Below, one piece after another: positions 12,627-24,909 of a stretch of 64,000 nt of DNA. The translations under genes and the position numbers were made by a program. This DNA comes from Octopus vulgaris (Eukaryota), in the NCBI GenBank assembly GCA_951406725.2, contig OX597839.1, positions 22,506,001 through 22,570,000 of the forward strand, in the 5' to 3' direction. Every line of letters begins with the position of its first letter. Positions within the stretch are counted from its first letter, which is position 1. The notes under the pieces are model-generated. The model saw nothing but the letters and a program-made list of their open reading frames with translations, was not told the DNA's origin and did not search any database.

Positions 12627-13943
12627 CTGCAAAATGGGTGTATTTAGTTATAAACACATTTAAGATAAGATAGATAGATAGAAAGAGAGAGAGAGATTAG
12701 ACAAAGTGTGTGTGTGTGTGTGTGTGTACATGTACCTTGTAACTCCCTAAACAACGTCTGTCGGGCTAATTAAACACAGCAAACTTAAGGAAGTTATAAA
12801 TACAAAGAAAGCCATCAACTGTACCTGTCTGTCTGTCTGTGTGTCTAGGGAAGAGTCCTTTGTTGTGAAACTATTGCCATACCTCTTGGTTCCAGGAATA
12901 AACTTCCACGAAATAAGATCCCTTCAGACTCTACCGGGACAAACTCCATCTCGAATCGGAGGAATAAAAAAGATAACCGAGGCTCCTTTTGAGAGATAAT
13001 AATAATAATTGGGGGGCAATGGAGGTGAGGAGACCTTATTTATTTTTATCGTCCCGTGTGTGTGTGTGTCTGTGTGTGTGTGTGCGTTTTGTGTGTGGAA
13101 ACTTTGAAAAGCTGAACTTTTAATATTTGTCCATTTAAGGGAATATCCTTTTGGCAGTGGTGGTCGCGTCTGGTGACTGGGCGAACAATGGACAGCGATA
13201 ACACCTGATAGGAATTGAAACACTTCCTATAAGCTATCAGTTATTTATTTATTTATTAAGTGTGTGTGTGTGTGTGTGTGTGACTTTATGAAAGACTAGA
13301 GCAGAGACAAGACAGATAGAGGAGGGAGGAGTGAAAGAGAAAGTGGAGTATGAGAGGGGAGGAGGGGTAGAGTGTGTAAATGTTGGTCAAGAAGGGGAGG
13401 GAGGGAGAGAAAGAGGGTGACACCTGCGTGTTTTGTTGGGGGAAGAAAGAGGAAGGAAGGAGGTTAAGTGGGAAGGAGAGAAAGAGAGAGGGAGGGAGGG
13501 AGGTTGATTAGAGAAAGGATACGACAACGAGGGAAAATGTAAAAGTGGTTGGAAAGAGAAGAAAAACAAGCATAGAGAGTGAGTGAGAGACAGAGTGACA
13601 GAGAGAGAGAGAGAGTGAGAGACTGTGGAGGAAATGGGGAGTTCCAAAAGATAGAGAAAGATAGAGGGAGCCGAAAGAGATAGACAGAGAAGGAGAGAGA
13701 GAGGCAGTCGCAGTAGAAATAGAGAGAGAGGGTGGGGGGATCTCAAAAGAGACAGAGAGGGTCAAAGAGAAAAGGGAATGTTTCGGAAGAGAGAGAGAGA
13801 GAGAGAGAGAGAAAGAAGAGGAAAGAGATAAGTAGAAGTGTTAAGAGAGAGAATGTAACAAAGATAATAAATATGAGATGTAAAACGTATATAAAATGGA
13901 TAAAAAAAAAGGGTAAGAAAAAAAACGTAAAAGAATATAAAAG

Positions 13944-13974
<31 letters not shown>

Positions 13975-14400
13975 GGAAGGAGAGTAAGAGAGTGAGTGAG
14001 GCGGAAAATTGGGAGTTTAAAGAATCGAAAACGAGGGTGGATGAGCAAAGAGGGGGGAATGCGCGCGAAATAACAACAAAAATAATACGAAAGATAGGTT
14101 ATAAATGGTTCACCTCTGAATACTTACAGGTAAATAATGAATACAGGTAGTGAAAGAAACGTATATCTTCCTAGTCACGTGTATATTCACGATAGGTGTA
14201 AATGTATACATACACACACACACACACACATATGTATATATATGTATATATAATTACATTCACACACAAATGTGTGAGTAATAAATATACATACCTATAT
14301 ATACACACACATACGTTATATGCTTGCGCATATCATTTCTACGTCCGCTTTGTTTACCGACACAAGTTGGACGTTTTGATAGGATACCTGTATTTTATAT
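11000..14400. promoter_or_regulatory. CpG-retaining region around the 5' end of gene B (putative promoter)
   Basis: CpG is visibly frequent in non-repeat sequence (for example gcgcgcg near 14061 and gtcacgtg near 14173), in contrast to CpG-poor unique flanks. Contains the ATG exon. Boundaries approximate. Confidence 0.45.
12883..12949 (-). CDS. First coding segment of gene B (MEFVPVESEGILFRGSLFLEPR); the spliced product resembles the start of a PH-like domain
   Basis: Good Kozak context GAGATGG and donor AGAG|GTATGG in phase 1, matching exon 2760-2820. Lies in a CpG-retaining region. A possible upstream acceptor ttcctatcag|G is at 13204. Confidence 0.65.
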
Positions 14401-14472
14401 AAAGTGTGTGTGTGCGCGCACACGCACACACATCATCATCATCATCGTTTAATGTCTGTCCAGTAGATATAT

Positions 14473-14858
14473 ACTCTTTACTCTTCTACTTGTTTCAGTC
14501 ATTTGACTGCGGCCATGCTGCAGCACCGCCTTTAGTCGAGCAACTCGACCCCGGGATTTATTCTTTGTAAGCCCAGTACTTATTCTATCGGTCTCTTTTG
14601 CCGAACCGCTAAGTGACGGGGACGTAAACACACCAGCATCGGTTGTCAAGCAATGCTAGGGGGACAAACACAGACACACAAACATACACACATATATATA
14701 TATACATATATATGACGGGCTTCTTTCAGTTTCCGTCTACCAAATCCACTCACAAGGCTTTGGTCGGCCTGAGACTATAGTAGAAGACACTTACCCAAGG
14801 TGCCACGCAGTGGGACTGAACCCGGAACCATGTGGTTGGTTAGCAAGCTACTTACCAT
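14473..14858 (-). mobile_element. SINE family A copy
   Basis: Near-identical reverse-complement copy. Confidence 0.9.
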
Positions 14859-14908
14859 GTATACATGTTTATAAATGCTATGAGTTGAATGGCTTGACAC
14901 CATGATCC

Positions 14909-15324
14909 TATTTCTTTACTACCCACAAGGGGCCAAACACAGAGGGGACAAACAAGGACAGACAAACGGATTAAGTCGATTACATCGACCCCCAGTGCGT
15001 AACTGGTACTTATTTAATCGACCCTGAAAGGATGAAAGGCAAAATCAACCTCAGCGGAATTCGAACTCAGAACATAGCGGCAGATGAAATACCTATTTCT
15101 TTATTACCCACAAGGGGCTAAACATAGAGGGGACAAACAAGGACAGACATAGGTATTAAGTCGATTACATCGACCCCTGTGCGTAACTGGTACTTAATTT
15201 ATCGACCCCGAAAGGATGAAAGGCAAAGTTGACCTCGGCGGAATTCGAACTCACAACGTAACGACAGACAAAATACTGCTAAGCATTTCGCCCGGCGCGC
15301 TAACGTTTCTGCCAGCTCACCGCC
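14909..15324 (-). mobile_element. SINE family B tandem (one full plus one partial copy) within a single TSD
   Basis: TSD ttgacaccatgatcc (14894-14908) and ttgacagcatcatcc (15325-15339), 13 of 15 matching. Junction gaaatacctattt near 15090. Confidence 0.88.
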
Positions 15325-15675
15325 TTGACAGCATCATCCACCAGGCCAGAGACTTACACTGAGCCCTAACCTCTGTTTTGTCATGATTTCTACAGCTTGA
15401 TGCCCTTCCAAGTGCCAACCACTTTGCAGAGTGTAATGGCTGCTTTTTCCTTGATGATGCCACCGAGTAAAATTCAAGACAAAGAAAATGCCCGACCTTC
15501 TGACTGAAGGGATTTGCAGCAGTGACGGGGTGGCTTCATGCCAGATGGGGAAAAGGCAGTGACACACTGTCAGAGGTGAACGGAGGGAATTGATGAATAG
15601 GGGTAGAAGTGGGGTCCATAGTAAATACCTGCATCTATCCAAAATATCTATCTACCTACCTACCTACCTACCTAC

Positions 15676-15710
<35 letters not shown>

Positions 15711-15715
15711 CCTAC

Positions 15716-15769
<54 letters not shown>

Positions 15770-15770
<1 letters not shown>

Positions 15771-16402
15771 CTTTTATTCTTTTACCTATTTCAGTCATTT
15801 GACTGCGGCCATGCTGGAGCACCGTCTTTAGTCGAGCAAATTGATCCCAGGACTTATTCTTTGTAAGCCCAGTACTTATTCTATCGGTCTGTCTTTAGTC
15901 GAGCAAATTGATCCCAGGACTTATTCTTTGTAAGCCCAGTACTTATTCTATCGGTCTCTTTTGCCGAACCGCTAAGTGACGGGGACGTAAACACACCAGC
16001 ATCGGTTGTCAAGCAATGCTAGGAGGGACAAACACAGACACACAAACACATACACACACATATATATATATATATATATACATATATACGACAGGCTTCT
16101 TTCAGTTTCCGTCTACCAAATCCACTCACAAGGCATTGGATGGCCCGGGGCTATAGCAGAAGACACTTGCCCAAGATGCCACGCAGTGGGACTGAACCCG
16201 GAACAATATGGTTGGTTAGCAAGCTACTTACAACACAGCCACTCCTGCGCCATATATACGACAGGCTTCTTTCAGTTTCCGTCTACCAAATCCACTCACA
16301 AGGCATTGGTCGGCCCGAGGCTTATAGCAGAAGACACTTGCCCAAGATGCCACGCAGTGGGACTGAACCCGGAACAATATGGTTGGTTAGCAAGCTACAT
16401 AC
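15770..16402 (-). mobile_element. SINE family A copy with internal duplications
   Basis: A segment of about 65 bp is duplicated at 15826/15891, and the whole head half is duplicated (16084-16251 and 16252-16402). Confidence 0.9.
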
Positions 16403-16626
16403 CACACAGCCACTCCTGCGCCTGTGTATTATATCGAAGAAGAGAAACTATAAACAGAACTCATCCAGTCACGATTTTGTTTTTTAAAAAGAGATCTCAT
16501 CCCGTCCAAGTCTGAAAGATCACAGAGTATCAAGACAAAAAAAAGACAAAACCTGGAGAATTAGTTCATAAATTATTGATAAATTCTCCAGTTTTGTTCT
16601 CTCTCCACACGCACACACACATATAT

Positions 16627-17040
16627 CTCTGTAGACGTAGTTGATAGCTTCTGTTACCTAGGTGACATAATCGGTAGTGGTGGGGGAGGGTGTAGTGGCC
16701 AAAATTAGAAATAGAAATAGGGTGGAAAAGTTCAAAGAGTTATTATCATCATCTCTGCTGAGAGCAAGGAGATTCTCTCTGAGCGAAGGACGGATTGTAC
16801 GATACATGTGTATGAAGTGTGATGCTGCATGGTGGTGAGATGCGGGCACTGAATGTAGAAGATGCAGCAAAGGGAGGAGAGAAAATGAGGCAAGCATGCT
16901 GTGCTGTATGTGTAACAGTGGGGTGAATGATGGGTGAGGCGAAGGTGAGGCGAGAGATTAAACTGAGGACAAATGAGGGACCAAAAGAGAGACAACAACT
17001 GTGTTAGCACGGGTATGTAATGGGTATGAATTATGGCAGA
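16627..17040 (+). mobile_element. Degenerate RTE-clade LINE fragment (RT C-terminal region)
   Basis: Frameshifted translation VDVVDSFCYLGDII...KFKELL...GRLYDTCV*SVMLHGGE, typical of RTE ORFs. Confidence 0.8.
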
Positions 17041-17362
17041 GGGGTGAGGAAGTGGGCAGGAGGTTGATGCGGAAGAATCTAATGGGAGGAGAAGAAGAGC
17101 AAGGAGGGAAATGGTGAAGGGGACAAGTTCCACAAAAGAGATGACAAAGGAATGCAACAAATGGTGGGATTTTGTCTTGGAGGGAAAATACTACAGCTCA
17201 CACCAGCCTGGGAAAAAGAGGCAGAAAAATGTGTCAGCGATGATTTTGGGGTTAGGGAAGGGCATCCAGCTGTAGAAGCCATACAAAAAAAAAACAAGCA
17301 ATGAAACTGGTATGGCTCCCAAAGCAAGAATTTTAACAAACTAAAAAAAAAAAAATTTACAT

Positions 17363-17534
17363 AGGCGCAGGAGTGGCTGTGTGGTAAGTAGCTTGCTAAC
17401 CAACCACATGGTTCCGGGTTCAGTCCCACTGCGTGGCATCTTGGGCAAGTGTCTTCTGCTATAGCCCCGGGCCGACCAATGCCTTGTGAGTGGATTTGGT
17501 AGACGGAAACTGAAAGAAGCCTGTCGTATATTTG

Positions 17535-17579
<45 letters not shown>

Positions 17580-17800
17580 GTGTGTGTGTTTATATGTTTG
17601 TGTGTCTGTGTTTGTCCCCCTAGCATTGCTTGACAACCGACGCTGGTGTGTTTACGTCCCCGTCACTTAGCGGTTCGGCAAAAGAGAACGACAGAATAAG
17701 TACTGGGCTTACAAAGAATAAGTCCCGGGGTCGAAATTGCTCGACTAAAGACGGTGCTCCAGCATGGCCGCAGTCAAATGACTGAAACAAGTAAACGAGT
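17363..17800 (+). mobile_element. SINE family A copy
   Basis: Full-length, near-identical copy. Confidence 0.9.
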
Positions 17801-18627
17801 ATTGTATTTAAGTGGTAAAGGGTCTTTGGAATTAACGTGTGTATATGCGTGTGTAAGCATGTGTGTGTGTGTGTGTGTGTATGCAGGCATGCAATTATGC
17901 GTATATTTGTAGATCCTTTTCATAAACCATCCGCATACATGTTAGGTCGTCTATGGATGCAAACATCAATTTAAACATACACTTACATATACACCTTCAT
18001 ATACATACATATGTAAACACACATACACTTACATACACACAGGTGATTATACCAGTGACGACCAGTTCAGTGGACAAGTTCACAGCATGATAGAAGGTAA
18101 CAGGTGTTGTCACCTGAATTCAGGTAACTGCAAAAGAACACGCCCCATGGATGTGGTTACTTGACCTTCTAGAGATAGCAGCTATATCTTGCTCAAATCA
18201 CAGCCAACTATCTTAAAAAAATGACAGGCACATAGGTGAGTAGGGAGGATGGTAGATAACCAGACAGGTAGATAAACAGGTAAGTACTTTGCTATAAAGA
18301 TATGTAAGTTAATAGACAAGTTGGTAGGTAGTTAATATGGACTGATGGGTAGAATTATAGGTAGTTAGGCAGCTTGGTAGATAAGTAAGTGGGTGTATTT
18401 GTAGGTAAATAGGTAGGTAGCTAGCTACTAGCTGCAAGATAAGTACATAAGTATGTAGATTGGTAAACAGGTTTGTAGAAGGCAGGTAGGTAGGTATATA
18501 GGTATGTAGAGTTAATAGATAGCTAGGTAGGGTGTTAGATAACTGGGAGGGCAGGTTGGTAGAAAGGTAGGTAGGTAGGTAGGTAGCAACAGTTCGTTCT
18601 ACAGAAAAGGTGCGAATCTTCGTAAAG

Positions 18628-18641
18628 GTAACCATGGCAAC
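18628..18641. promoter_or_regulatory. RFX X-box consensus match GTAACCATGGCAAC (second near-match GTTGCTATGGTAAA at 18930-18943)
   Basis: Full match to the GTNRCC-N(0-3)-RGYAAC X-box consensus. Confidence 0.45.
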
Positions 18642-19681
18642 GAAAGCAGCAAAGTAAATAAGAATGACAAGTCAGTTGGGATTAATGTTGTTTGCTTTGT
18701 TGTTGCACCAATTTTTTTCACTTTCCACAATGTACAGATTCAGCTCTAAATATCAATGGACATATCTATTGATCTAACACGCCCCCGTGCACACATGCAC
18801 ACACACATGCATGCATGCGCACATACACACACACACACACATACATGCACACACGTTCAGTGATTTGCAATAGAGAGGCAGTGACTCATGAGATCTTCAG
18901 ACATATCAACCCCATTCCTTCAACAAGAGGTTGCTATGGTAAAAATAAATAAACGAAATAAAGAAGAGTAGCAAAAAACAAAAATACAACAAAAACGTGG
19001 TAAATGTTTTCAATTCTCCTGATTACTTTTAGAAAAGCTGATGGTAGACTAATTAATTTCCCTAATTATACTGAAGCAACGAGAGGGCTACTAACTTCTT
19101 TTTACTAGTACATACCAAGCAACAACTGGCTTAACACTTTCCCAGACTTCAACTCAAAGAATTTCTTCCAATCAGTTCTTTAATTCTGTGCCATTTGCAA
19201 GGTCCCTAATATCCTTTTGTGTGTGTGTGGTGATTTTCATTAAATTTTGGGTTTTCTTAAATCTCACACATTTTTAGTGACACCTGATAGCACTAAACAC
19301 TATACCAGGGCCCACACTATACTGGCCCGTTTTCTCTTCAACTGATTATAATCAGAATAATTAATCGCTAAGTCAACAGCTTTATTTCATTTTTTTTTTT
19401 TTTGGCTTCAATACAGCAAAGCCCTTTCCAAAGATGTCCCCTTCTCTGTTATAAACCTCAATTACTTTCCCTGTTATAAAACCCTTGTCCCCTTCTTTGT
19501 ATTAACTCCTGTCCTTTACTCTGTTATCAACTCCTGGTTCCCTCTAATGTCGAACAAACCTAATTGACAGACTGACTTGATTTTATCTCTGATGTAAGAA
19601 AATGGCAAAACCCTATAAAATAATTGAGTTGTGTTTTCCAGTTTTGACATTTTGGTGCCAACACCACTGCAGAGCTGCAGT

Positions 19682-20070
19682 GGAGGCGCAATGGCCCAGT
19701 GGTTAGGGCAGCGGACTTGCGGTCATAGGATCGCGGTTTCGATTCCCAGACCGGGCGTTGTGAGTGTTTATTGAGCGAAAACACCTAAAAGGCTCCACGA
19801 GGCTCCGGCAGGGGATGGTGGTGATCCCTGCTGTACTCTTTCGCCACAACTTTCTCTCACTCTTACTTCCTGTTTCTCTTGTACCTGTATTTCAAAGGGC
19901 CGGCCTTGTCACTCTCTGTGTCACGCTGAATATCCCCGAGAACTACGTTAAGGGTACACGTGTCTGTGGAGTGCTCAGCCACTTACACGTTAATTTCACG
20001 AGCAGGCTGTTCCGTTGATTCGGATCAACCGGAACCCTCGTCATCGTAACCGACGGAGTGCTTCCAAAAA
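19682..20070 (+). mobile_element. SINE family C (tRNA-derived), young full-length copy
   Basis: tRNA-like head ggcgcaatggcccagtggttagggc...ggtttcgattccc, and a 12-bp TSD cagagctgcagt at 19670-19681 and 20071-20082. A diverged relative lies at 32872-33195. Confidence 0.88.
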
Positions 20071-20460
20071 CAGAGCTGCAGTATAAAACTGACACTTTAT
20101 TCTATTGAAGCAAAATGGAAGAATGGCAAAGTTGACTCTGGTGGATTTAAACTTTACAATGAAAATGTTATGTAACAAAATCCCTCCAAATTCTTCATTA
20201 TTCGTCAAATTGATTAGCACTTTGCCTACCAAATTTCAGAATTAGATTGTTTACCTCCTCATTTTGCACCATAACAAGAATATAGCATGTAGATTCACAA
20301 ATAATTCCAGTGAAATAAATAAGGGACTATATTTCACGGGTTTCATAGGGGTTAAACAGTAAAAGCAATATAGGGGTTACAATCAGTACAAATACTACAG
20401 AAGCCAATTAAACAGGGCCCCAGTTGCTTTGTGAAAGGATTGACTGATACATAAGTAACC

Positions 20461-20493
20461 TTAGTACATAAACTGGATTAATGTACCCACCAC
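20461..20493 (-). CDS. Candidate terminal coding exon (VVGTLIQFMY*)
   Basis: Acceptor tttattacag|G, phase 0, matching the end of exon 24845. Short and could be chance. Confidence 0.25.
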   Translation of the reverse strand: MVGTLIQFMY

Positions 20494-20795
20494 CTGTAAT
20501 AAACTCCAGGTGAAAGCATAAAACAATAATTTGAATTGTAAAAGAAGACAATACAGAGAACAAATATCCCACACGTGTCTTTGTCCTTTCATATCATTGT
20601 GACAGGCTCAAGACCTGATTGTGTGAGAAGTGGTGGAGAATGGAGGTGAGTGACAGAGAGAAGGAATGGACAAATGGAACAGAATATTGTCTATACAGTA
20701 ATCAATCGACTATTGCGGATGTTACATTCCAAAATAGCCCCTCGATAGGTGAAAATCTGAAACACTGAAATCTGAAACAGTAGAAACAGTACTGT

Positions 20796-21205
20796 ACTCT
20801 CTCTTTTTTACTCTTTTACTTGTTTCAGTCATTTGACTGCGGCCATGCTGGAGCACCGCCTTTAGTCGAGCAAATCGACCCCGGGACATATTCTTTTGTA
20901 AGCCCAGTACTTATTCAATCGGTCTCTTTTGCCGAACCGCTAAGTGACGGGGACGTAAACACACCAGCATCGGTTGTCAAGCAATGCTAGGGGGACAAAC
21001 ACAGACACACAAACACACACACACATACATATACACATATACGACAGGCTTCTTTCAGTTTCCGTCTACCAAATCCACTCACAAGGCTTTGGTCGGCCCG
21101 GGGCTATAGCAGAAGACACTTGCCCAAGATGCCACGCAGTGGGACTGAACCCAGAACCATGTGGTTGGTTAGCAAGCTACTTACCACACAGCCACTCCTG
21201 CGCCT
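20796..21205 (-). mobile_element. SINE family A copy
   Basis: Full-length, near-identical copy. Confidence 0.9.
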
Positions 21206-21641
21206 ATAGTATATTTTTTAAAAATTATTTTTATAATTTTTATATTTTTATTTTATTACAAATACAAAATAACACCTCGGAGGAATCGAGGTCAGCTTGA
21301 ATAATAAACCATGACAGGGGGTGAACTGTGATATGGCGAGAGATTACTGTTTATACTTTCCACTCAATATTGGTTTCAAATAGAGAAGACCTGCCCACCA
21401 CAACGGAATTGAGATTCTAAAACTAATGTGCCACGTAAAAAGCTTATATGATGGGCTTCTTTCAGTTTCCATCTACTAAATCCACTTGCAAGTCTTTGGT
21501 TGGCTCAGGGCTATAGTAGGACACTTGCCCAAGGTGCCTTGCAGTGGGATTGAACCCAGAACGATGTAGTTGGGAAGCAAACATCTTACCACACAGCCAT
21601 GCTTGCAGAGAAAATTAATTTATAAACACGCACACGCACAT

Positions 21642-21803
21642 AGGCGCAGGAGTGGCTGTGTGGTAAGTAGCTTGCTAACCAACCACATGGTTCCGGGTTC
21701 AGTCCCACTGCGTGGCACCTTGGGCAAGTGTCTTCTGCTATAGCCCCGGGCCAACCAAAGCCTTGTGAGTGGATTTGGTAGACGGAAACTGAAAGAAGCC
21801 TGT

Positions 21804-21854
<51 letters not shown>

Positions 21855-22058
21855 TTGTGCGTCTGTGTTTGTCCCCCTAGCATTGCTTGACAACCGATGC
21901 TGGTGTGTTTACGTCCCCGTCACTTAGCAGTTCGGCAAAAGGGACCGATAGAATAAGTACTGGGCTTACAAAGAATAAGTCCCGGGGTCGATTTGGTCGA
22001 CTAAAGGCGGTGCTCCAGCATGGCTGCAGTCAAATGACTGAAACAAGTAAAAGAGAGT
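21642..22058 (+). mobile_element. SINE family A copy
   Basis: Full-length, near-identical copy. Confidence 0.9.
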
Positions 22059-22557
22059 ATGCATGCACACTCGCATGTGCACACACAACTGCAAGAACAG
22101 TTGCGCTGTTTTAGCTACGATTATAAGAGAGAAAGAAAAAGAATTGGAATTTTGGAAAACTGTAGAAAAAGGAAGGAAACGGAGGTGATTAATTTTGTTG
22201 CGTCAAAGAGTTTGGAGGCTGAAATTAAACACCAATCAACTGATTAAATAATCAGTTGTTTACAAGGATGAAACCCTCTGAAAACCTGTTTGTTTATCTT
22301 GAAAACCATCAGAAGAGGACACAGGCAGAGCTGGTCGGGGGTGAGTCACACAGACTGTGGCAACAATGAGGTAATATAGTGTGCGAGGTAGATAAACGAG
22401 TTGACAGGTAGACAGGTAGATGGATTAGACAGATAGGTTGATAGATGGATGGACAGGTACACAGGTGATTAATTATGACAACACCTGAGTGAATATATTA
22501 TAATACCTACACCAATTCAAGAAGAATGACTGAGAGAACACCACATTACACTGAATA

Positions 22558-22607
<50 letters not shown>

Positions 22608-22907
22608 TGTCTGTCACTCTGTCCGGCCAAGCCTGTGTTAAGCATATTGTTATGTGTCATAGAGTGTTCGTAAATTATCTGTACAACTTCTACAATATAT
22701 TGTTTTGTATCTAGAAACATCAGAAACACCTGATGTTTCTAATAAAACTTTATTTCTTTGGCTTCTGTTTTCCAATAAACTTTGCCAAGTTATCTTCATT
22801 TTTCATTTTTTTTTTTTCAAGTTGTAAAGGTAATTTATAGACACCCTCTGCACACACACACACGCTCACACACACACTGACATAAACAACAGGCTTCTTT
22901 CAGTTTG

Positions 22908-23072
22908 GGTATCAATCTGAGAAGAGTGCAGAGGATTTGGAAAGAGTTGGATGAGTTTAATGATGATTACGAAGGTAAGGCAGAGAAATGATCAGAGAAA
23001 ACTCACTCTGATCATTCTGATAAGAAAAGAACTCCTCAACTTGTTGGTGACATCCAGGCCAGGATTGACAAG
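22908..23072 (+). mobile_element. Tc1/mariner transposase N-terminal fragment (dead)
   Basis: GINLRRVQRIWKELDEFNDDYEGKAEK*SEKTHSDHSDKKRTPQLVGDIQARID resembles the HTH and linker of Tc1/mariner transposases, with an internal stop. Confidence 0.65.
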
Positions 23073-24374
23073 AGTCAGTGCAGCTTATGCTCAAAGGCAT
23101 TCCAGTCTTGACAAACCAGTCTTTTTTGCCGGTGGTAGTGGTAGGTAATGCAGTCTCTAGAACTGCATAATTCAATGTATCCATTCCACTTTTAAGATAG
23201 CAGCATGTGACTTGATGGAGATTTGGCTGCTATTCCTAGCAGATCAAGTCAGCACACACTTCTGGCTCTGTCTAAAGATATTAAAAGGTGTCAAGAAGAG
23301 TAACAATGGACTTTGAAAGGAAGAGGAGATAAAATAGGATATAATTAGGGTGGACATGAAAAGGGTAGAAAAGGAAGGGGGTAAGGAAAGAAAAACGGGG
23401 GGGGGGGTAGTAAATGGGTGTGAGGGGAGGGAGGGGAGGAGTTTGCAAAGAAAGAAGATGTTAGAAGAGTTAAAGAAAGGAAAGAAGTGAAAAGAGGAAA
23501 TTGGAGGTAAATCATGCCCACCCCCATGGAAAGAAGATTGTAGGATTAACCCTTTAGCATTTATGTTGTTCTATCAAAAGTGTTGTTTATTTATTCACAT
23601 TGTTTTGGATTAATCAGGGATTATTTGACAGCTTTGAGATTTTGATGGATGCGACTTTATTTTTAGGATGACATTGTAGGGTTGGTGTGAGAGGCCGGAT
23701 CTGGTCGGTTCGACCATAAAACAGGAAGAATATTTGGGTCCTGATACGGCTAGTTTAAACGTTAAAAAAGGTTAAGGGGCACGACCCTTCATTGAGCCCC
23801 CCCCCCACCCACCCACCACACAACCCATAACTTTTACGAGCTGTATTAACGATCAGCCGACACCAACCTCCACCACTAACAGTCTCCTTGAGACCCAACT
23901 GTTTCATTTCAATATTGAAATAATATTTTATTATTTTTAAAAAAGAGGGGGGGGGGGGAATGAATAAACAAAAATCTAGAAGTAATAAATCTATTTATTA
24001 AAATGCATTTCTCGCCTCGTTCCTCTATTTCTGTCGATAGAAATGTTTGTTTTGCTAGTTACTCCCCCATCATGGGGTGAGAGAACTGAATTTCTGTGAT
24101 GTTTTCATTTATAAACCACCAGCGAAAGGCATATGGTCCTCATTGAAAACTGCTTGTATAAATAGAAAGAGATTTGCTTGTTTTAATGCATTTACCTTGT
24201 TTATAGTCGTTATCAAATGGTGTTATCATTAGTTAAAAATAATACTTCACCGACTGCATTTAGACATACTTCTTATTTTCATTACAACTATATTTCTTAG
24301 TCATCATCATCATCATCATCATCATTTTACATCTGATTTTCTATGTCTGCATGGTTCGGCCAAGTCTTCTCCAA

Positions 24375-24583
24375 CACAGTGCCTTGTCCCTTTTTGCAGT
24401 CCTTGCTGTGAACCCCTTCTCACAGTGCCTTGTCCCATTTTGCAGTCCTTGCTGTGAACCCCTTCTCACAGTGCCTTGTCCCTTTTTGCAGTCCTTGCTG
24501 TGAACCCCTTCTCACAGTGCCTTGTCCCTTTTTGCAGTCCTTGCTGTGAACCCCTTCTCACAATGCCTTGTCCCTTTTTGCAG
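24375..24583. repeat. 46-bp minisatellite, about 4.5 copies
   Basis: cacagtgccttgtccctttttgcagtccttgctgtgaaccccttct at 24375, 24421, 24467, 24513 and 24559. Confidence 0.95.
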
Positions 24584-24604
24584 TTGACCTCCACCAATAT
24601 TACC

Positions 24605-24835
24605 TATTTCTTTATTACCCACAAGGGGCTAAACATAGAGAGGACAAACAAGGACAGACATAGGTATTAAGTCGATTACATCGACCCCAGTGCGTAACTG
24701 GTACTTAATTTATCGACCCCGAAAGGATGAAAGGCAAAGTCGACCTCGGCGGAATTTGAACTCAGAACGTAGCGCCAGACGAAATACCGCTAAGCATTTT
24801 GGCCAGCGCGCTAACGTGTCTGCCAGCTCGCCGCC
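24605..24835 (-). mobile_element. SINE family B full-length copy
   Basis: TSD atattacc at 24597-24604 and 24838-24845. Confidence 0.9.
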
Positions 24836-24844
24836 TTATATTAC

Positions 24845-24909
24845 CGTGCAGTTAATGCCATCGACTCTTCTATGCAAGAATTGATGAACAGATTCCTCAA
24901 CGTCATCAC
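24845..24909 (-). CDS. Candidate exon (GDDVEESVHQFLHRRVDGINCT), with an alternative acceptor at 24938
   Basis: Acceptor gtttcctttcag|G and donor ACG|GTAATA. Using the tag|T acceptor at 24938, it joins in frame to the phase-1 reading of 25444-25537. Confidence 0.5.

Noticed and set aside
16006-16515. Recurrent peptide YDRLLSVSVYQIHSQG...EDTCPRCHAVGLNPEP
   Set aside because: It is an antisense translation of SINE family A, not a gene family.
19682-19755. tRNA gene
   Set aside because: The tRNA-like head continues into a SINE body flanked by a TSD, and the cloverleaf is imperfect.
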